Assembly: GCA_963840855.1 (NCBI GenBank)
Contig: CAWJBB010000048.1
Location: 1-56,627 of the forward strand
Direction: 5' to 3'
DNA: 56,627 nt
DNA from: an uncultured delta proteobacterium
GTDB lineage: Bacteria; Desulfobacterota; Binatia; UBA9968
Made by a program: the position numbers and the translations under genes. The notes beneath the pieces were generated by a model. The model ran no database searches. It was not told the DNA's origin and saw nothing but the letters and a program-made list of their open reading frames with translations. Every line of letters starts with the position of its first letter. Position 1 is the stretch's first letter. Below are positions 34,004-45,429 of this stretch, piece after piece.

Positions 34004-34708
34004 CTAAGCCGCCATCAACCTGATCTGCGACAGATCGAGCTTGATACCCGGGCCCATCGTCGTCGAGACTGTCACGCCGCGAACATAGTTGCCCTTAGCG
34101 GAGGCTGGTTTGGCGCGTAAAATAGACTGTAAAACCGCCGTAGCGTTATCGATCAGCTGGGCGGCGCCGAATGAGGCTTTACCCACCGGAATATGGACTA
34201 TGCCCGCTTTGTCTACGCGGTACTCCAATTTGCCGGCTTTGATTTCCTTTATCGCTTTGCCAACGTCGACGGTCACAGTGCCGGTCTTCGGATTGGGCAT
34301 CAAGCCTCGCGGTCCGAGAATCTTGCCAATGCGTCCCACCGCCGCCATCATGTCCGGCGTTGCCACCGCTTTGTCGAAGTCAAACCATCCTTCGCTGATT
34401 CTTTTGATGAGTTCATCGCTGCCAACGAAGTCCGCCCCGGCATCTTGCGCTTCTTTTTCTTTATCGCCTTTGGCAAAGGCGACAATGCGTACGGTTTTCC
34501 CCATGCCGTGAGGTAAGCTTACCGTGCCACGCACGTTTTGATCGGCCTGCCGTGGATCAACGCCGAGGCGTATGGCTATCTCAACGGTTTCGTCGAATTT
34601 CGCCCGAGCGGTTTCCTTTGCGAGGCTGAGGCCATCTTCCAAAAGATAGCGCTTGGTGCGGTCGACTTTGGCTATTGCGTTCTTGTAAGATTTTCCGTTG
34701 GCGCTCAT
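34004..34708 (-). CDS. rplA: 50S ribosomal protein L1
   Basis: [30 protein letters not shown]; GAGGAG RBS before the ATG at 34708. Confidence 0.98.
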   Translation of the reverse strand: MSANGKSYKNAIAKVDRTKRYLLEDGLSLAKETARAKFDETVEIAIRLGVDPRQADQNVRGTVSLPHGMGKTVRIVAFAKGDKEKEAQDAGADFVGSDELIKRISEGWFDFDKAVATPDMMAAVGRIGKILGPRGLMPNPKTGTVTVDVGKAIKEIKAGKLEYRVDKAGIVHIPVGKASFGAAQLIDNATAVLQSILRAKPASAKGNYVRGVTVSTTMGPGIKLDLSQIRLMAA

Positions 34709-34817
34709 TTTCTCCTCATTCACGAAAAGTGCTGCGACCGTCAAACTCGCCCGATACGACGCCGCGCCGTTTTGAACGGCGTGCACTGCTTAACCGTCTT
34801 GAACTCGGTTGATGATT

Positions 34818-35243
34818 TCAACCGTCGACTTCAAGCCCGAGACTGCGCGCGGTGCCTTCCACCGATTTTTCCGCCGCCGCCAAATCCTTGGCCGTCAGAT
34901 CTTTCAGTTTCAGTTCGGCGATTTGCCGAACCTGCGCCCGTGTGACTTTGCCGACCATGGTCTTGCCCGGCGCACTCGATCCCTTTTCGAGCCCTGCCGC
35001 CTTCTTCAACAGGACGGAGGCCGGCGGCGTCTTGGTCGTGAAGGTAAACGACCGGTCGGCGTACACCGTGATGATTACCGGAATGATCATCCCTTGATTG
35101 GACTGGGTCGCGGCGTTGAACGACTTGCAAAACTCCATGATATTGACGCCGCGCTGGCCCAACGCTGGACCCACGGGAGGACTCGGGTTGGCCTGTCCCG
35201 CTGGAATCTGTAGCTTTACTTGACCGATTATCTTTTTCGCCAT
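34818..35243 (-). CDS. rplK: 50S ribosomal protein L11
   Basis: [26 protein letters not shown]. Confidence 0.99.
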   Translation of the reverse strand: MAKKIIGQVKLQIPAGQANPSPPVGPALGQRGVNIMEFCKSFNAATQSNQGMIIPVIITVYADRSFTFTTKTPPASVLLKKAAGLEKGSSAPGKTMVGKVTRAQVRQIAELKLKDLTAKDLAAAEKSVEGTARSLGLEVDG

Positions 35244-35261
35244 GATTCGCGGCCCTTTGCT

Positions 35262-35792
35262 TTAGTTGCGTTCCACCTGGACAAATTCCAGCTCCACCGG
35301 CGTAGCGCGTCCGAAAATACTGATAAGAACTCTGAGCTTCCCCTTCTCGGGGCGGACGTCTTCGACCACGCCGTTGAAATCCGCGAACGGGCCGTCGACC
35401 ACTTTCACATTCTCCCCAACCGAGAATAGCACCCGGGGCTTCGGTTTGATCGCCCCTTCTTCCATGTGCTGAGTGATGGTCCTGACTTCTTCATCGCTCA
35501 CCGGCGGCGGATTGGTACTGCCCCCAACGAAACCCGTCACCTTTGGAGTCTCTTTGACCACATGCCAGGTGTCATCGTTCAGTTCCATCTGAACGAGAAT
35601 GTAGCCGGGAAAAAATTTGCGCGACGAAGTTTTCTTCTTCCCCTTGATCAATTCGACGACCTTTTCGACCGGAACCAGGATTTCGCCGAAAAAGTCCTGC
35701 CGGCCGAGCGACTTGATGCGTTCTTCGAGCGCGGCCTTCGCCTTTTGTTCATAACCTGAAAAGGTATGAACAATATACCATTGTTTCGCCAT
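35262..35792 (-). CDS. nusG: Transcription termination/antitermination factor NusG
   Basis: WYIVHTFSGYE, FPGYILV, KOW DGPFADF, IFGRATPVEL. Confidence 0.99.
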   Translation of the reverse strand: MAKQWYIVHTFSGYEQKAKAALEERIKSLGRQDFFGEILVPVEKVVELIKGKKKTSSRKFFPGYILVQMELNDDTWHVVKETPKVTGFVGGSTNPPPVSDEEVRTITQHMEEGAIKPKPRVLFSVGENVKVVDGPFADFNGVVEDVRPEKGKLRVLISIFGRATPVELEFVQVERN

Positions 35793-35810
35793 TTTGGACG
35801 ACCCGAAGTG

Positions 35811-36026
35811 TTAGCCGATGATCGCCTCGATAGCACTAGTTAGCCCGAAATCCACCACCGCCAAGTAGATCGAAATCAAGATTACCACCACGATCACAAC
35901 CAATGTCGCCGCGTAAGTTTCCTTGCGCGACGGCCAATGGACCTTCATAAGCTCAACCCAGGATTCCTCGACGAACTCTTTGGCGCCGCGGGCACCTTCC
36001 TGGACTCTCTGCATCCAATCAGCCAT
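35811..36026 (-). CDS. secE: Preprotein translocase subunit SecE
   Basis: ELMKVHWPSRKE plus one TM helix; lies between tRNA-Trp and nusG. Confidence 0.96.
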   Translation of the reverse strand: MADWMQRVQEGARGAKEFVEESWVELMKVHWPSRKETYAATLVVIVVVILISIYLAVVDFGLTSAIEAIIG

Positions 36027-36048
36027 GAGGTTTTCCTAAACAGTGAGA

Positions 36049-36126
36049 TGGCGGGTCAGGCAGGACTCGAACCTGCAACAACCGGATTTGGAGTCCGGCG
36101 CTCTAACCAATTGGAGCTACTGACCC
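36049..36126 (-). tRNA. tRNA-Trp (CCA)
   Basis: Cloverleaf GGGTCAG..CCGGA-CT-CCA-AA-TCCGG..TTCGAGT..CTGACCC-G-CCA. Confidence 0.95.
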
Positions 36127-36136
36127 TGTTATCCCG

Positions 36137-36289
36137 TCAGACCTTGACCTCGCGATGCTGGGTATGAGCCCGACATGAGGCACAGAATTTCTTCAGCGCC
36201 AGCTTTTCCGTGGTCGTTTTTCTGTTTTTCGTGGAAGTATAGTTCTTGCGCTTGCATTTATCGCAAGCAAACCCAATAATCTCCCGCAT
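36137..36289 (-). CDS. rpmG: 50S ribosomal protein L33 (50 aa, zinc-binding type; absent from the ORF track)
   Basis: Manual translation MREIIGFACDKCKRKNYTSTKNRKTTTEKLALKKFCASCRAHTQHREVKV. Confidence 0.96.
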   Translation of the reverse strand: MREIIGFACDKCKRKNYTSTKNRKTTTEKLALKKFCASCRAHTQHREVKV

Positions 36290-36312
36290 GGCTGCCCTCT
36301 TTCTTGTCTGAG

Positions 36313-37503
<1,191 letters not shown>

Positions 37504-37594
37504 CTCATCCTCCTAAAAATTTGCCGGTCAATCGTATTCCACACTCAAACTGATCGCTACATACGAACCCCGCCCCTTGATCTACCGGACCGAA

Positions 37595-37667
37595 AGCCCA
37601 GGAGCGGGCTTGAACCGCTGACCTCGTCCTTACCAAGGACGTGCTCTACCGACTGAGCTACCTGGGC
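37595..37667 (-). tRNA. tRNA-Thr (GGT), no encoded CCA
   Basis: GCCCAGG..CGTCC-TT-GGT-AA-GGACG..TTCAAGC..CCTGGGC-T. Confidence 0.95.
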
Positions 37668-37748
37668 AAATGTCAGTCGATGGCTTCTAGCTCGGTCCCT
37701 GCCAACGCGGAGGTTCATGCGACGTTGCGCCATCAGCCATCAGCAATT

Positions 37749-37824
37749 TGGAGCGGGAAACGGGACTCGAACCCGCGACCCCGAGCTTGGAAGGCTCGCG
37801 CTCTACCAACTGAGCTATTCCCGC
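37749..37824 (-). tRNA. tRNA-Gly (TCC)
   Basis: GCGGGAA..CGAGC-CT-TCC-AA-GCTCG..TTCCCGC-T-CCA. Confidence 0.96.
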
Positions 37825-37834
37825 ACAACTAAAT

Positions 37835-37919
<85 letters not shown>

Positions 37920-37996
37920 TCGCTTCCCTTCGCTCCACAGATTCGCTGCGACAACCAGTTAATCTAAAACTATTGCAGAATCCCAACGCCATTGCG

Positions 37997-38071
37997 TGGA
38001 GCTGGCGATAGGATTTGAACCTACAACCTGCTGATTACAAATCAGCTGCTCTACCGTTGAGCTACGCCAGC
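37997..38071 (-). tRNA. tRNA-Thr (TGT)
   Basis: GCTGGCG..GCTGA-TT-TGT-AA-TCAGC..CGCCAGC-T-CCA. Confidence 0.96.
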
Positions 38072-38315
38072 TTGATCCGTGAATTCCTTTTTGCGCGTCG
38101 ACATTGGCGCCTGACGGCGAGTCCAACTCGGCATCGGGAAAAATTATCGCGACGACTCAACAAGTGTCTAAATGTAATTCCTGAACCTTAACGAACCAAG
38201 AAGCAACGGAAGTGATTTACCAAGTCTGCAAACGATTATTTAAAGCACCTACGTCCTCGAAAGTCAATAGGAATACAGCCAAATAACCAAAATCACCATT
38301 TTTATCATAGACCTA

Positions 38316-39074
38316 CTATCTTTTAGTCCCATCCTTGTCAATCTTACTGTACTGGCGCAGGACCTCGAAAAGGAATACTCCGCCCGCCACCGCGACGTTT
38401 AACGAGGCGACTTTGCCGGCCATGGGAATAGAGACAAGAAAATCACATTCTCGGCGCACCAGGGAACGCATACCTTGCCCCTCGCTACCCAAGACAATGC
38501 CCAGCCTTTCCGGGTAGGTCCGGTCGTAGATGCTGGTTTGCGCGCCGGCATCCAGTCCGACGAGCCAAAACCCCCGATCCTTGAGCTGCTTCATGGTTTG
38601 GCGCAGGTTGGTGACCCGGTAGACCTTCACGTGGTGCGCGGCGCCAGCGGAGGATTTGATGACGGTCGGCGTAACACTAGCCGAGCGGTCTTTGGGAATC
38701 ACCACATGGGGGGCGCCGGCGCCTTCGGCACAGCGCAGCAAAGCGCCCAAATTTCGCGGGTCCGTGATCTCGTCTAAGATGAGGACGCGCCGCGGCTGCG
38801 ACACTGTAAAGGTGTCGTCGAACAACTCGTCGATGGACCGGTACCCAAAGGCCGCCACCCGGGCAACCGCGCCTTGATGCCGCGCTCCCACGGCAATCCG
38901 GTCAAGCAAATCGCGGCTTCCACGGACCACCCGAACGCCCAACCTTTCGGCTGCCGTTTCCACCGCGCCTCCCGCTTCACCGGCAAGGAGAATTTCCACG
39001 ATCTCCTCCGGGCTTGCCCTTAATTTTTCCAAAATGGCATTGGTCCCAAAAATGACCGTTTGTTCCGCTTTCAT
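38316..39074 (-). CDS. rlmB: 23S rRNA (guanosine-2'-O)-methyltransferase RlmB (SPOUT family)
   Basis: HQGAVA, LDEITDPRNLGALLR, GSEGQG, IPMAGKVASLNVAVA. Confidence 0.93.
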   Translation of the reverse strand: MKAEQTVIFGTNAILEKLRASPEEIVEILLAGEAGGAVETAAERLGVRVVRGSRDLLDRIAVGARHQGAVARVAAFGYRSIDELFDDTFTVSQPRRVLILDEITDPRNLGALLRCAEGAGAPHVVIPKDRSASVTPTVIKSSAGAAHHVKVYRVTNLRQTMKQLKDRGFWLVGLDAGAQTSIYDRTYPERLGIVLGSEGQGMRSLVRRECDFLVSIPMAGKVASLNVAVAGGVFLFEVLRQYSKIDKDGTKR

Positions 39075-39104
39075 GCTGCGACTTCACCATCCATTGATTT
39101 GGAT

Positions 39105-39133
39105 TTTACAATGATCACATCACCAGCTAACAT
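39105..39133 (+). promoter_or_regulatory. Putative sigma70 promoter for lptF-lptG
   Basis: TTTACA (39105-39110), 17-nt spacer, TAACAT (39128-39133). Confidence 0.5.
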
Positions 39134-39142
39134 ACTCGGACT

Positions 39143-40336
39143 GTGAAGCGAACAACCCTGACCACCTACCTCATCTCGGAAATCCTCGCGCCATTTTTCT
39201 TCGGGCTGCTAACATTTACTCTCGTCCTGCTCATCGTTCGGGTCGTGAAACTCATAGAGCTAGTCGTTACCCGGGGCGTGCCAGCGCTGCAAATTGGCAA
39301 ATTGCTGCTCCTCATAATGCCCACCTTTCTCGAACTTACCGTGCCGATGGCGTTCCTGTTGGCGATCCTTTTGGGTCTAGGGCGCCTGTCTCAAGATCAC
39401 GAGGTCCTCGCGTTCAAGGCGTCGGGGGTCAGCCCGCTGCAGATCCTTTGGCCCATCGCGGGCGTGGCTTGCGTTATTGCCGCGATCACACTTTTTCTTA
39501 CGGTTTTCGGGCGTCCGGCAGCCAATCTCGCCTTAAAGAAAGAACTGTATGCTATCGCCAAGAGCCGGCTGGGCACAGTCCTAAAAGAGAAAGTCTTCAA
39601 TCAGGAGTTTCCCAAAATTTTGATTTATGTAGAAGAAATCGTCCCGCCAGGCAACACCGCCCAAGGTATTTTGATCGTCGACAAACGGGACCGTGATAGA
39701 GAAGATGTTATTCTTGGTAAAGTGGCCCTCATCTCCGCCGAAGAGCAGACCAACACCCTAGGGCTAAAACTCATTGATGGGTCGGTTTACCAGAGAGACC
39801 AAAACCGTCCTGGTTTCAGCCAAACCCGTTTCAATATCTACGATTTCAAGTTGGATCTGGATGAACTCATCGGTCCGGTTAGGAGAAAAAGCGATGGCCC
39901 TAAGGAACTGGGGTTCCACCGGTTGATCGAAACCATCCGTGAAAAACAGCAACAGGGACAGAACGCCATAGCTGAAAGAATAGAATTGCAACAGCGAATT
40001 TCCTTCGCGTTCGTGCCACTGGTCTTTTGTCTTCTGGGTGTTTCTTTGACTCTCCTTCCACACAGCTCGCGGGCCGGCCGTTCCTGGGGTTTTCTACTCT
40101 GTTTGTTTTGGCTGCTCGCGTATTACCTTTTACTTTCCCTGGGAAAGGCACTTGGTGAACAGGGGACGCTGCACCCTGCGCTGGCGTTGTGGTTACCCAA
40201 TCTGGTGGTGGGCGGCATCGCGCTCCATTTCTTCATGAAGGCTTTGCGTGAATCACCCATTGCGCTAATGGGAGGATTTGATAACGCCTTTATCTGGGCC
40301 AGCTTACAGTGGGGAAAAATTCGGCAAAAGGCTTGA
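39143..40336 (+). CDS. lptF: LPS export ABC transporter permease LptF
   Basis: YjgP/YjgQ topology; LGRLSQDHEVLAFKASGVS; WLPN near the C-terminus; tandem with its paralog. Confidence 0.9.
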   Translation: MKRTTLTTYLISEILAPFFFGLLTFTLVLLIVRVVKLIELVVTRGVPALQIGKLLLLIMPTFLELTVPMAFLLAILLGLGRLSQDHEVLAFKASGVSPLQILWPIAGVACVIAAITLFLTVFGRPAANLALKKELYAIAKSRLGTVLKEKVFNQEFPKILIYVEEIVPPGNTAQGILIVDKRDRDREDVILGKVALISAEEQTNTLGLKLIDGSVYQRDQNRPGFSQTRFNIYDFKLDLDELIGPVRRKSDGPKELGFHRLIETIREKQQQGQNAIAERIELQQRISFAFVPLVFCLLGVSLTLLPHSSRAGRSWGFLLCLFWLLAYYLLLSLGKALGEQGTLHPALALWLPNLVVGGIALHFFMKALRESPIALMGGFDNAFIWASLQWGKIRQKA

Positions 40337-40345
40337 AAAATCTCT

Positions 40346-41455
40346 ATGGCGGCGCGCGAACGGACTCGATTCTTACCCCTGGGTGGCATCCTGGACCTCT
40401 ACCTTGCACGTGGGTTCTTGCGCACCTTTTTTTCTAGTCTGCTGATCATCACGACTCTATTTATGATTGTCGATCTTTTCGACCGTGCTGGCACAATTTT
40501 CGAGTCAGGGGCATCGCTCTGGACCGTGATATGCTACTTCTTCTATAAAATTCCCATATCGGTATCCCGGATCATCGGTTTCGCCACATTGTTCTCCACA
40601 CTCTTCGGTCTCGGCATGTTAGCGCGGTCGCACGAAATCACCGCCATGCGTGCCAATGGCCTGAGCGTTCAGCGCATCGCCTTACCCTTGGTAAGCTTGT
40701 CCTTGGCTATTTGCGCTGCGACTTTTTTTTTGAACGAGAGCCTTGTACCCGCTTTCTCTTACCGTGCGGATGCCATTTATAAATCCGAGATCAAGAACAA
40801 ACAGCAGCAGAGTCTATTTGGAAACCGAGACATCTGGATCCGTGGAGACGGCAGTTTCATCAATATCGACCACTTCGACACCAACGCAAACGCCCTCGAA
40901 GGCGTCACGATATTTGTTCTCAATCGGGATTTTAGCCTGCAAGGGTTTGTCGAGTTTCCCCGTGGGCGATGGAACGGCAAGAAATGGGAGGTAGAGCAAG
41001 CCGTAGAATGGCGTTTCTTGCCTGACGGAAAGATGGCCAGCCAAAAAATCGAAGTGCCGCCGCCCATCGCGGAAACACCGGAGGACCTTAAGCTCCTTGC
41101 GCGTGACGCCAGTGAATTTACCTATTTCGACCTGCAAAAGCAGATAGCCGACATGAAAGCCAAGGGCATCGACACCACCGCCTACGAAGTCGACCTCCAA
41201 ATAAAACTGGCGTTACCCTTCATTTCACCGCTCATGGTGCTTTTGGCCGTTCCCTTCGCGCTCAAAAAACATATCAGCGGAGGCGTGGCTCTTAGCTTTG
41301 GCATCGCGATGATTATCGGATTCGGTTATTGGGTTTTGATCTCGTTTTGCATTTCCCTCGGCCATAGCGGCGGCTTACCCGCATGGCTCGCTGCCTGGGC
41401 GCCCAACCTAATCTTCACGATGACAGGAATCTATTTTTTTACCGCCGAGAAATGA
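40346..41455 (+). CDS. lptG: LPS export ABC transporter permease LptG
   Basis: ILDLYL, LARSHEITAMRANGLS, LAAWAPN. Confidence 0.9.
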   Translation: MAARERTRFLPLGGILDLYLARGFLRTFFSSLLIITTLFMIVDLFDRAGTIFESGASLWTVICYFFYKIPISVSRIIGFATLFSTLFGLGMLARSHEITAMRANGLSVQRIALPLVSLSLAICAATFFLNESLVPAFSYRADAIYKSEIKNKQQQSLFGNRDIWIRGDGSFINIDHFDTNANALEGVTIFVLNRDFSLQGFVEFPRGRWNGKKWEVEQAVEWRFLPDGKMASQKIEVPPPIAETPEDLKLLARDASEFTYFDLQKQIADMKAKGIDTTAYEVDLQIKLALPFISPLMVLLAVPFALKKHISGGVALSFGIAMIIGFGYWVLISFCISLGHSGGLPAWLAAWAPNLIFTMTGIYFFTAEK

Positions 41456-41470
41456 GACTCGTAGCTGACC

Positions 41471-41535
41471 TGGAGTAAAGGAGTATCGGAGCCTTGGGTT
41501 TTCGGCCCATCACGCCACTACTCCAAACTCTATTA
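41471..41535. repeat. Inverted tandem octamer repeat between convergent lptG and rpsI
   Basis: tggagtaa aggagtat cggagcct tggg..ccca..acgccact actccaa actctatt. Confidence 0.7.
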
Positions 41536-41605
41536 CGTTGCGACGAGGGTATGGACCGTGACCCTTCGACTCAAGGCAAGCTAGGTGAGCCTTTTCAATA
41601 GCCGG

Positions 41606-41998
41606 TCAGCGTTTCGAGTACTGGGGTCGCTTGCGCGCTTTGTGCCGCCCGTACTTCTTTCTCTCTACCGCCCGGGGATCGCGAGTGACAAATCCCGCTT
41701 TCTTGAGTGACGTGCGAAAGTCGGGGTTGGCCTCCATTAGGGCGCGGGTAATCCCATGTCGGATCGCCCCCGCCTGGCCTGAGCTGCCACCCCCTTGAAC
41801 ATTCACGTCAATATCGTAACTGCCCTTCGTTTGGGTGACGTCGAAAGGCTGCAGAACGATCATCCTGGCCGTTTCGCGGCCGAAGTAATCTTCAAGAGAA
41901 CGAGAATTGATCTTGATCCCGCCCTTGCCTTGGCGCAAAAAGACTCGCGCCACGGAGGTTTTCCTTCTACCAGTCGCAGTTATGACTTTCTCAGCCAT
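41606..41998 (-). CDS. rpsI: 30S ribosomal protein S9
   Basis: [36 protein letters not shown]; ATG at 41998. Confidence 0.98.
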   Translation of the reverse strand: MAEKVITATGRRKTSVARVFLRQGKGGIKINSRSLEDYFGRETARMIVLQPFDVTQTKGSYDIDVNVQGGGSSGQAGAIRHGITRALMEANPDFRTSLKKAGFVTRDPRAVERKKYGRHKARKRPQYSKR

Positions 41999-42011
41999 CG
42001 CTCTCTCACTC

Positions 42012-42437
42012 CTATGCTCTAAGCGCCAAAGGCTCCGGCTTTTGCGCAGCATGGGGGTGCTCCGGGCCAGCGTAAATCTTGAGCTTGGTGACTAGCCGGC
42101 GGCTTAACCGATTCTTGGGCAGCATCCCCTTCACCGCCAACCGGATCAGTTCTTCGGGTTTGTCCTCTAGCATCTTTGCCGCGGTTTTTTCCCGAATTCC
42201 ACCCGGGTAATCCGTGTGCCGGTAGTAGACTTTCTTCTGTAGTTTCTTGCCGGTGAGCCGAATTCCCTTGGCATTGACAACAACGACGAAATCCCCGGTA
42301 TCGGCGTTGGGCGTAAAAAGCGGCTTATTTTTGCCCCGCAGTATTTTTGCAATCTCGCTGGCCATTCGGCCCAAAATCTTCCCTTCGGCATCGATAACAT
42401 ACCACTGCCGTTGGGCACGGGCTTGTTCAGTATTCAT
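42012..42437 (-). CDS. rplM: 50S ribosomal protein L13
   Basis: [41 protein letters not shown]; GGAG RBS before the ATG at 42437. Confidence 0.97.
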   Translation of the reverse strand: MNTEQARAQRQWYVIDAEGKILGRMASEIAKILRGKNKPLFTPNADTGDFVVVVNAKGIRLTGKKLQKKVYYRHTDYPGGIREKTAAKMLEDKPEELIRLAVKGMLPKNRLSRRLVTKLKIYAGPEHPHAAQKPEPLALRA

Positions 42438-42452
42438 ATGATCTCCGCTTGA

Positions 42453-42515
42453 GTTCAATTCGTTCAAAAAGTTCAAATCGTTTTGAACGGCTTAAACGGC
42501 TTGAACGTTTTGAAC
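42453..42515. repeat. Inverted tandem nonamer repeat immediately upstream of rplM
   Basis: gttcaattc gttcaaaaa gttcaaatc gtt / ttgaacggc ttaaacggc ttgaacgtt ttgaac. Confidence 0.85.
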
Positions 42516-42538
42516 TGCGCTTCCCGTCTCTTAATAAA

Positions 42539-42615
<77 letters not shown>

Positions 42616-42634
42616 GACAAAGCAAATTACTACC

Positions 42635-42709
42635 TGGTGGGCGGTACAGGATTTGAACCTGTGGCCCCCGGCTTGTAAGGCCGATGCTCTCCCGCTGAGC
42701 TAACCGCCC
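42635..42709 (-). tRNA. tRNA-Val (TAC)
   Basis: GGGCGGT..TCGGC-CT-TAC-AA-GCCGG..ACCGCCC-A-CCA. Confidence 0.95.
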
Positions 42710-42891
42710 CTTAGCTGAAAAACCAGCCGTTTATCTTTCCCGTCCAAATTGAGCCGATCCCATTATCGGCTGCGGCGGCCTCGTAGAGATACTAAAAACG
42801 CTCTAACTGAGGGATTCTCGCATTGACTAGCCCGCTTCCCCCCGGCGTCGCACCGTTATCTTTGGGCTCTGCGACCGCCGGGCGAAAAGCG

Positions 42892-42920
42892 TTTATAACA
42901 GCAGGGTTATCTGGAGTCAA
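42892..42920 (-). promoter_or_regulatory. Putative sigma70 promoter for tRNA-Val-tRNA-Asp-rplM-rpsI
   Basis: Minus strand TTGACT, 17-nt spacer ending TGt, then TATAAA. Confidence 0.65.
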
Positions 42921-42951
42921 ATGCCCCAGAGGAGCTGGCAATTAAACCGCG

Positions 42952-45419
42952 TTACTGGGGCAATATTTCAGCTCCCGGACCTTCGTCTACCTTCTCCGCG
43001 AAAGCGGCGGAGTCGTCTTTAGTTTCCGCTTCAACCGGCGCTTTCTTAAACAGCGTTTCCGGGTCGTCCAGCACCAGCGCCTTTTTAAGCACATCATCCA
43101 TGTGGGCGACTACAACCAGTTCGACTCCCTTTAGGACCGTCGCTGGAATCTCTTCGATGTCTTTTTCGTTTTCGGCTGGAATAAGGACTCGCTTGATGCC
43201 GGCGCGATGGGCCGCCAAGATTTTTTCCTTCAAACCTCCGATAGGAAGAACGGTTCCCCGCAATGTGATTTCACCGGTCATCGCCAGATCGTTATGAACG
43301 GGCGCCTTGATCAGAGCCGACACCAATGAGGTTGCCATGGTAATACCCGCTGAAGGCCCATCTTTAGGAATCGCGCCCTCGGGAACGTGAATATGGACGT
43401 CCAATTTTTGATAAAAGTCCTTTTCCAAGCCCATTTCCACCGCCCGGGAACGGACGTAGCTCATCGCCGCCTGCGCCGATTCCTGCATCACGTCGCCAAG
43501 TTTTCCGGTTATGATGAGCTGACCTTTTCCGGGCATAATCGTGACTTCCGTCGATAGCAGCTCACCGCCAAGTTCGGTCCATGCCAGACCAGTGGTAACG
43601 CCAATTTTTATCTCCGTTCTCGGCCTTTGCCATAGCGATACTTAATCGGGCCTAGATACTTATGGAGGCTGTTGTTCGCAACCTGGATGTGGGTGTTTCG
43701 GTCTTTCTTTATGACTTCCACGGCCACCTTGCGGCAAATTGCGGCGATTTCCCTTTCCAGATTTCGCACGCCCGCCTCTTTAGTGTAATTCCTTATCACA
43801 CCTAACAAAGCGTTGTCCGTAAAAGTTACGTTCTCGGGAGTCAACCCGTTCGATTCTTTCTGTTTCTCCAAGAGGTACTTCTTCGCAATACTTAGTTTTT
43901 CCAGCTCGGTGTAGCCGGCAATCCGGATGATCTCCATACGGTCCTGGAGTGGCCGCGGAATCCGGTCGAGCGTATTGGCCGTGGTAATGAACAGGACCTT
44001 TGATAGATCATAGTCCAAATCAAGGTAATGATCATTGAACGTGGCATTTTGTTCGGGATCCAAAACTTCGAGGAGCGCGGAAGACGGGTCGCCGCGGAAG
44101 TCCGTCGACATTTTGTCGACCTCGTCCATGAGGAAGACGGGATTGCTCGAACCCGCTTTCTTCATAAATTGAATGATTTTACCGGGGAGAGCGCCAATAT
44201 AGGTTCGCCGGTGTCCGCGGATTTCCGCCTCGTCTCTCACGCCACCCAGCGAGACGCGCACGAACTTTCGTCCGGTAGCACGGGCAATGGATTTCCCCAG
44301 CGATGTCTTGCCGACGCCCGGAGGCCCAACAAGGCAGAGAATCGGACCTTTGATTTTGCCTACGAGGCTCTGTACCGCAAGATATTCAAGGATCCGCTCC
44401 TTGACTTTTTCCAAGCCGTAGTGATCCTCTTCGAGAACTTTTTCGGCTTCGTTGATATCCAGCTTGTCATCGGTGAAGTCATTCCACGGCAAGCCTATGA
44501 TCCAGTCGATGTAATTGCGCACCACCGTGGCTTCGGCCGACATCGGCGACATCATCTTGAGCTTCTTGAGCTCCTTTTCAACTTTATCCTTCGCTTCAGC
44601 CGAAAGTTTCTTCTGTTTGAGCTTTTCTTCGATCTCCTGGATTTCGTTTTTAAACTCATCCTTTTCGCCGAGTTCTTTTTGAATCGCCCGCATCTGCTCA
44701 TTGAGGTAGTATTCCTTCTGCGAGCGTTCCATCTGCTTCTTAACGCGCGACCGTATGCGTCTTTCGACTTCCAAGATTTCAATTTCGGCGCGCATATGGG
44801 CCAACACCTTTTCCAGCCGCTCCGCCGCGTTAAAGGTCTCCAGGAGATTCTGCCGTTCTTCGATTTTAATGCCGAGATGGGCAACGATGGTATCTGCGAG
44901 GCGTCCCGGATCATCGATGGACGACACCGACATGACCATCTCCGGCGGTATTTTCTTTTTGAGTTTCACATAGTTCTCAAAGGTCGTATGGACCTCACGA
45001 GTGAGCGCTTCGATTTCCGTGTTCCGTTCGACAACTTCGCTCGCCTCGTCCACCTCGACCATGAAAAAATCGGGATGATTGACAAAACGGGCGATTTGCG
45101 CGCGCTTCTTGCCTTCGATCAGCACCTTGACAGTGCCGTCCGGCAGCTTGAGCATTTGCACGACGGTGCCCAGCGTGCCGATTTTATAGATATCGTCTTC
45201 GGCAGGTTCGTTGGTTTTGGCGTCCTTCTGCGACGAAAGAAAAATCGGGCCCTGTTTCTGCGTCGCTTCCTCCAATGCCTTGATTGAACGTTGCCGCCCG
45301 ACGAAGAGCGGTACCACCATGTGTGGAAAAACCACAATATCCCTCAAAGGTAGCAGCGGCATTCTCATCGGACCACCGGCTGGTTCTTTTTCATCTTTCT
45401 TCTCGTTGCGAAATAGCAT
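42952..45419 (-). CDS. lon: ATP-dependent Lon protease, split by an apparent frameshift at about 43605-43630
   Basis: [11 protein letters not shown]-domain and GPPGVGKTS Walker A in ORF 43608..45494; protease domain PKDGPSAG and GGLKEK in ORF 42952..43536; linker [15 protein letters not shown] reads in the downstream frame. Confidence 0.95.
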
Positions 45420-45429
45420 GATTTTCCCC

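Noticed and set aside
34709-34817. L1-binding regulatory site between rplK and rplA
   Set aside because: Hairpins are present but I could not identify the L1-binding consensus by eye.
41562-41582. CCCTTCGACTCAAGGCAAG as a REP-like remnant
   Set aside because: Single degenerate copy in the window with no palindromic partner.
42745-42870. Possible MITE or structured RNA in the tRNA-Val leader
   Set aside because: Only a short local hairpin (AGCCGAT/ATCGGCT) and weak gapped end-complementarity; not enough support.
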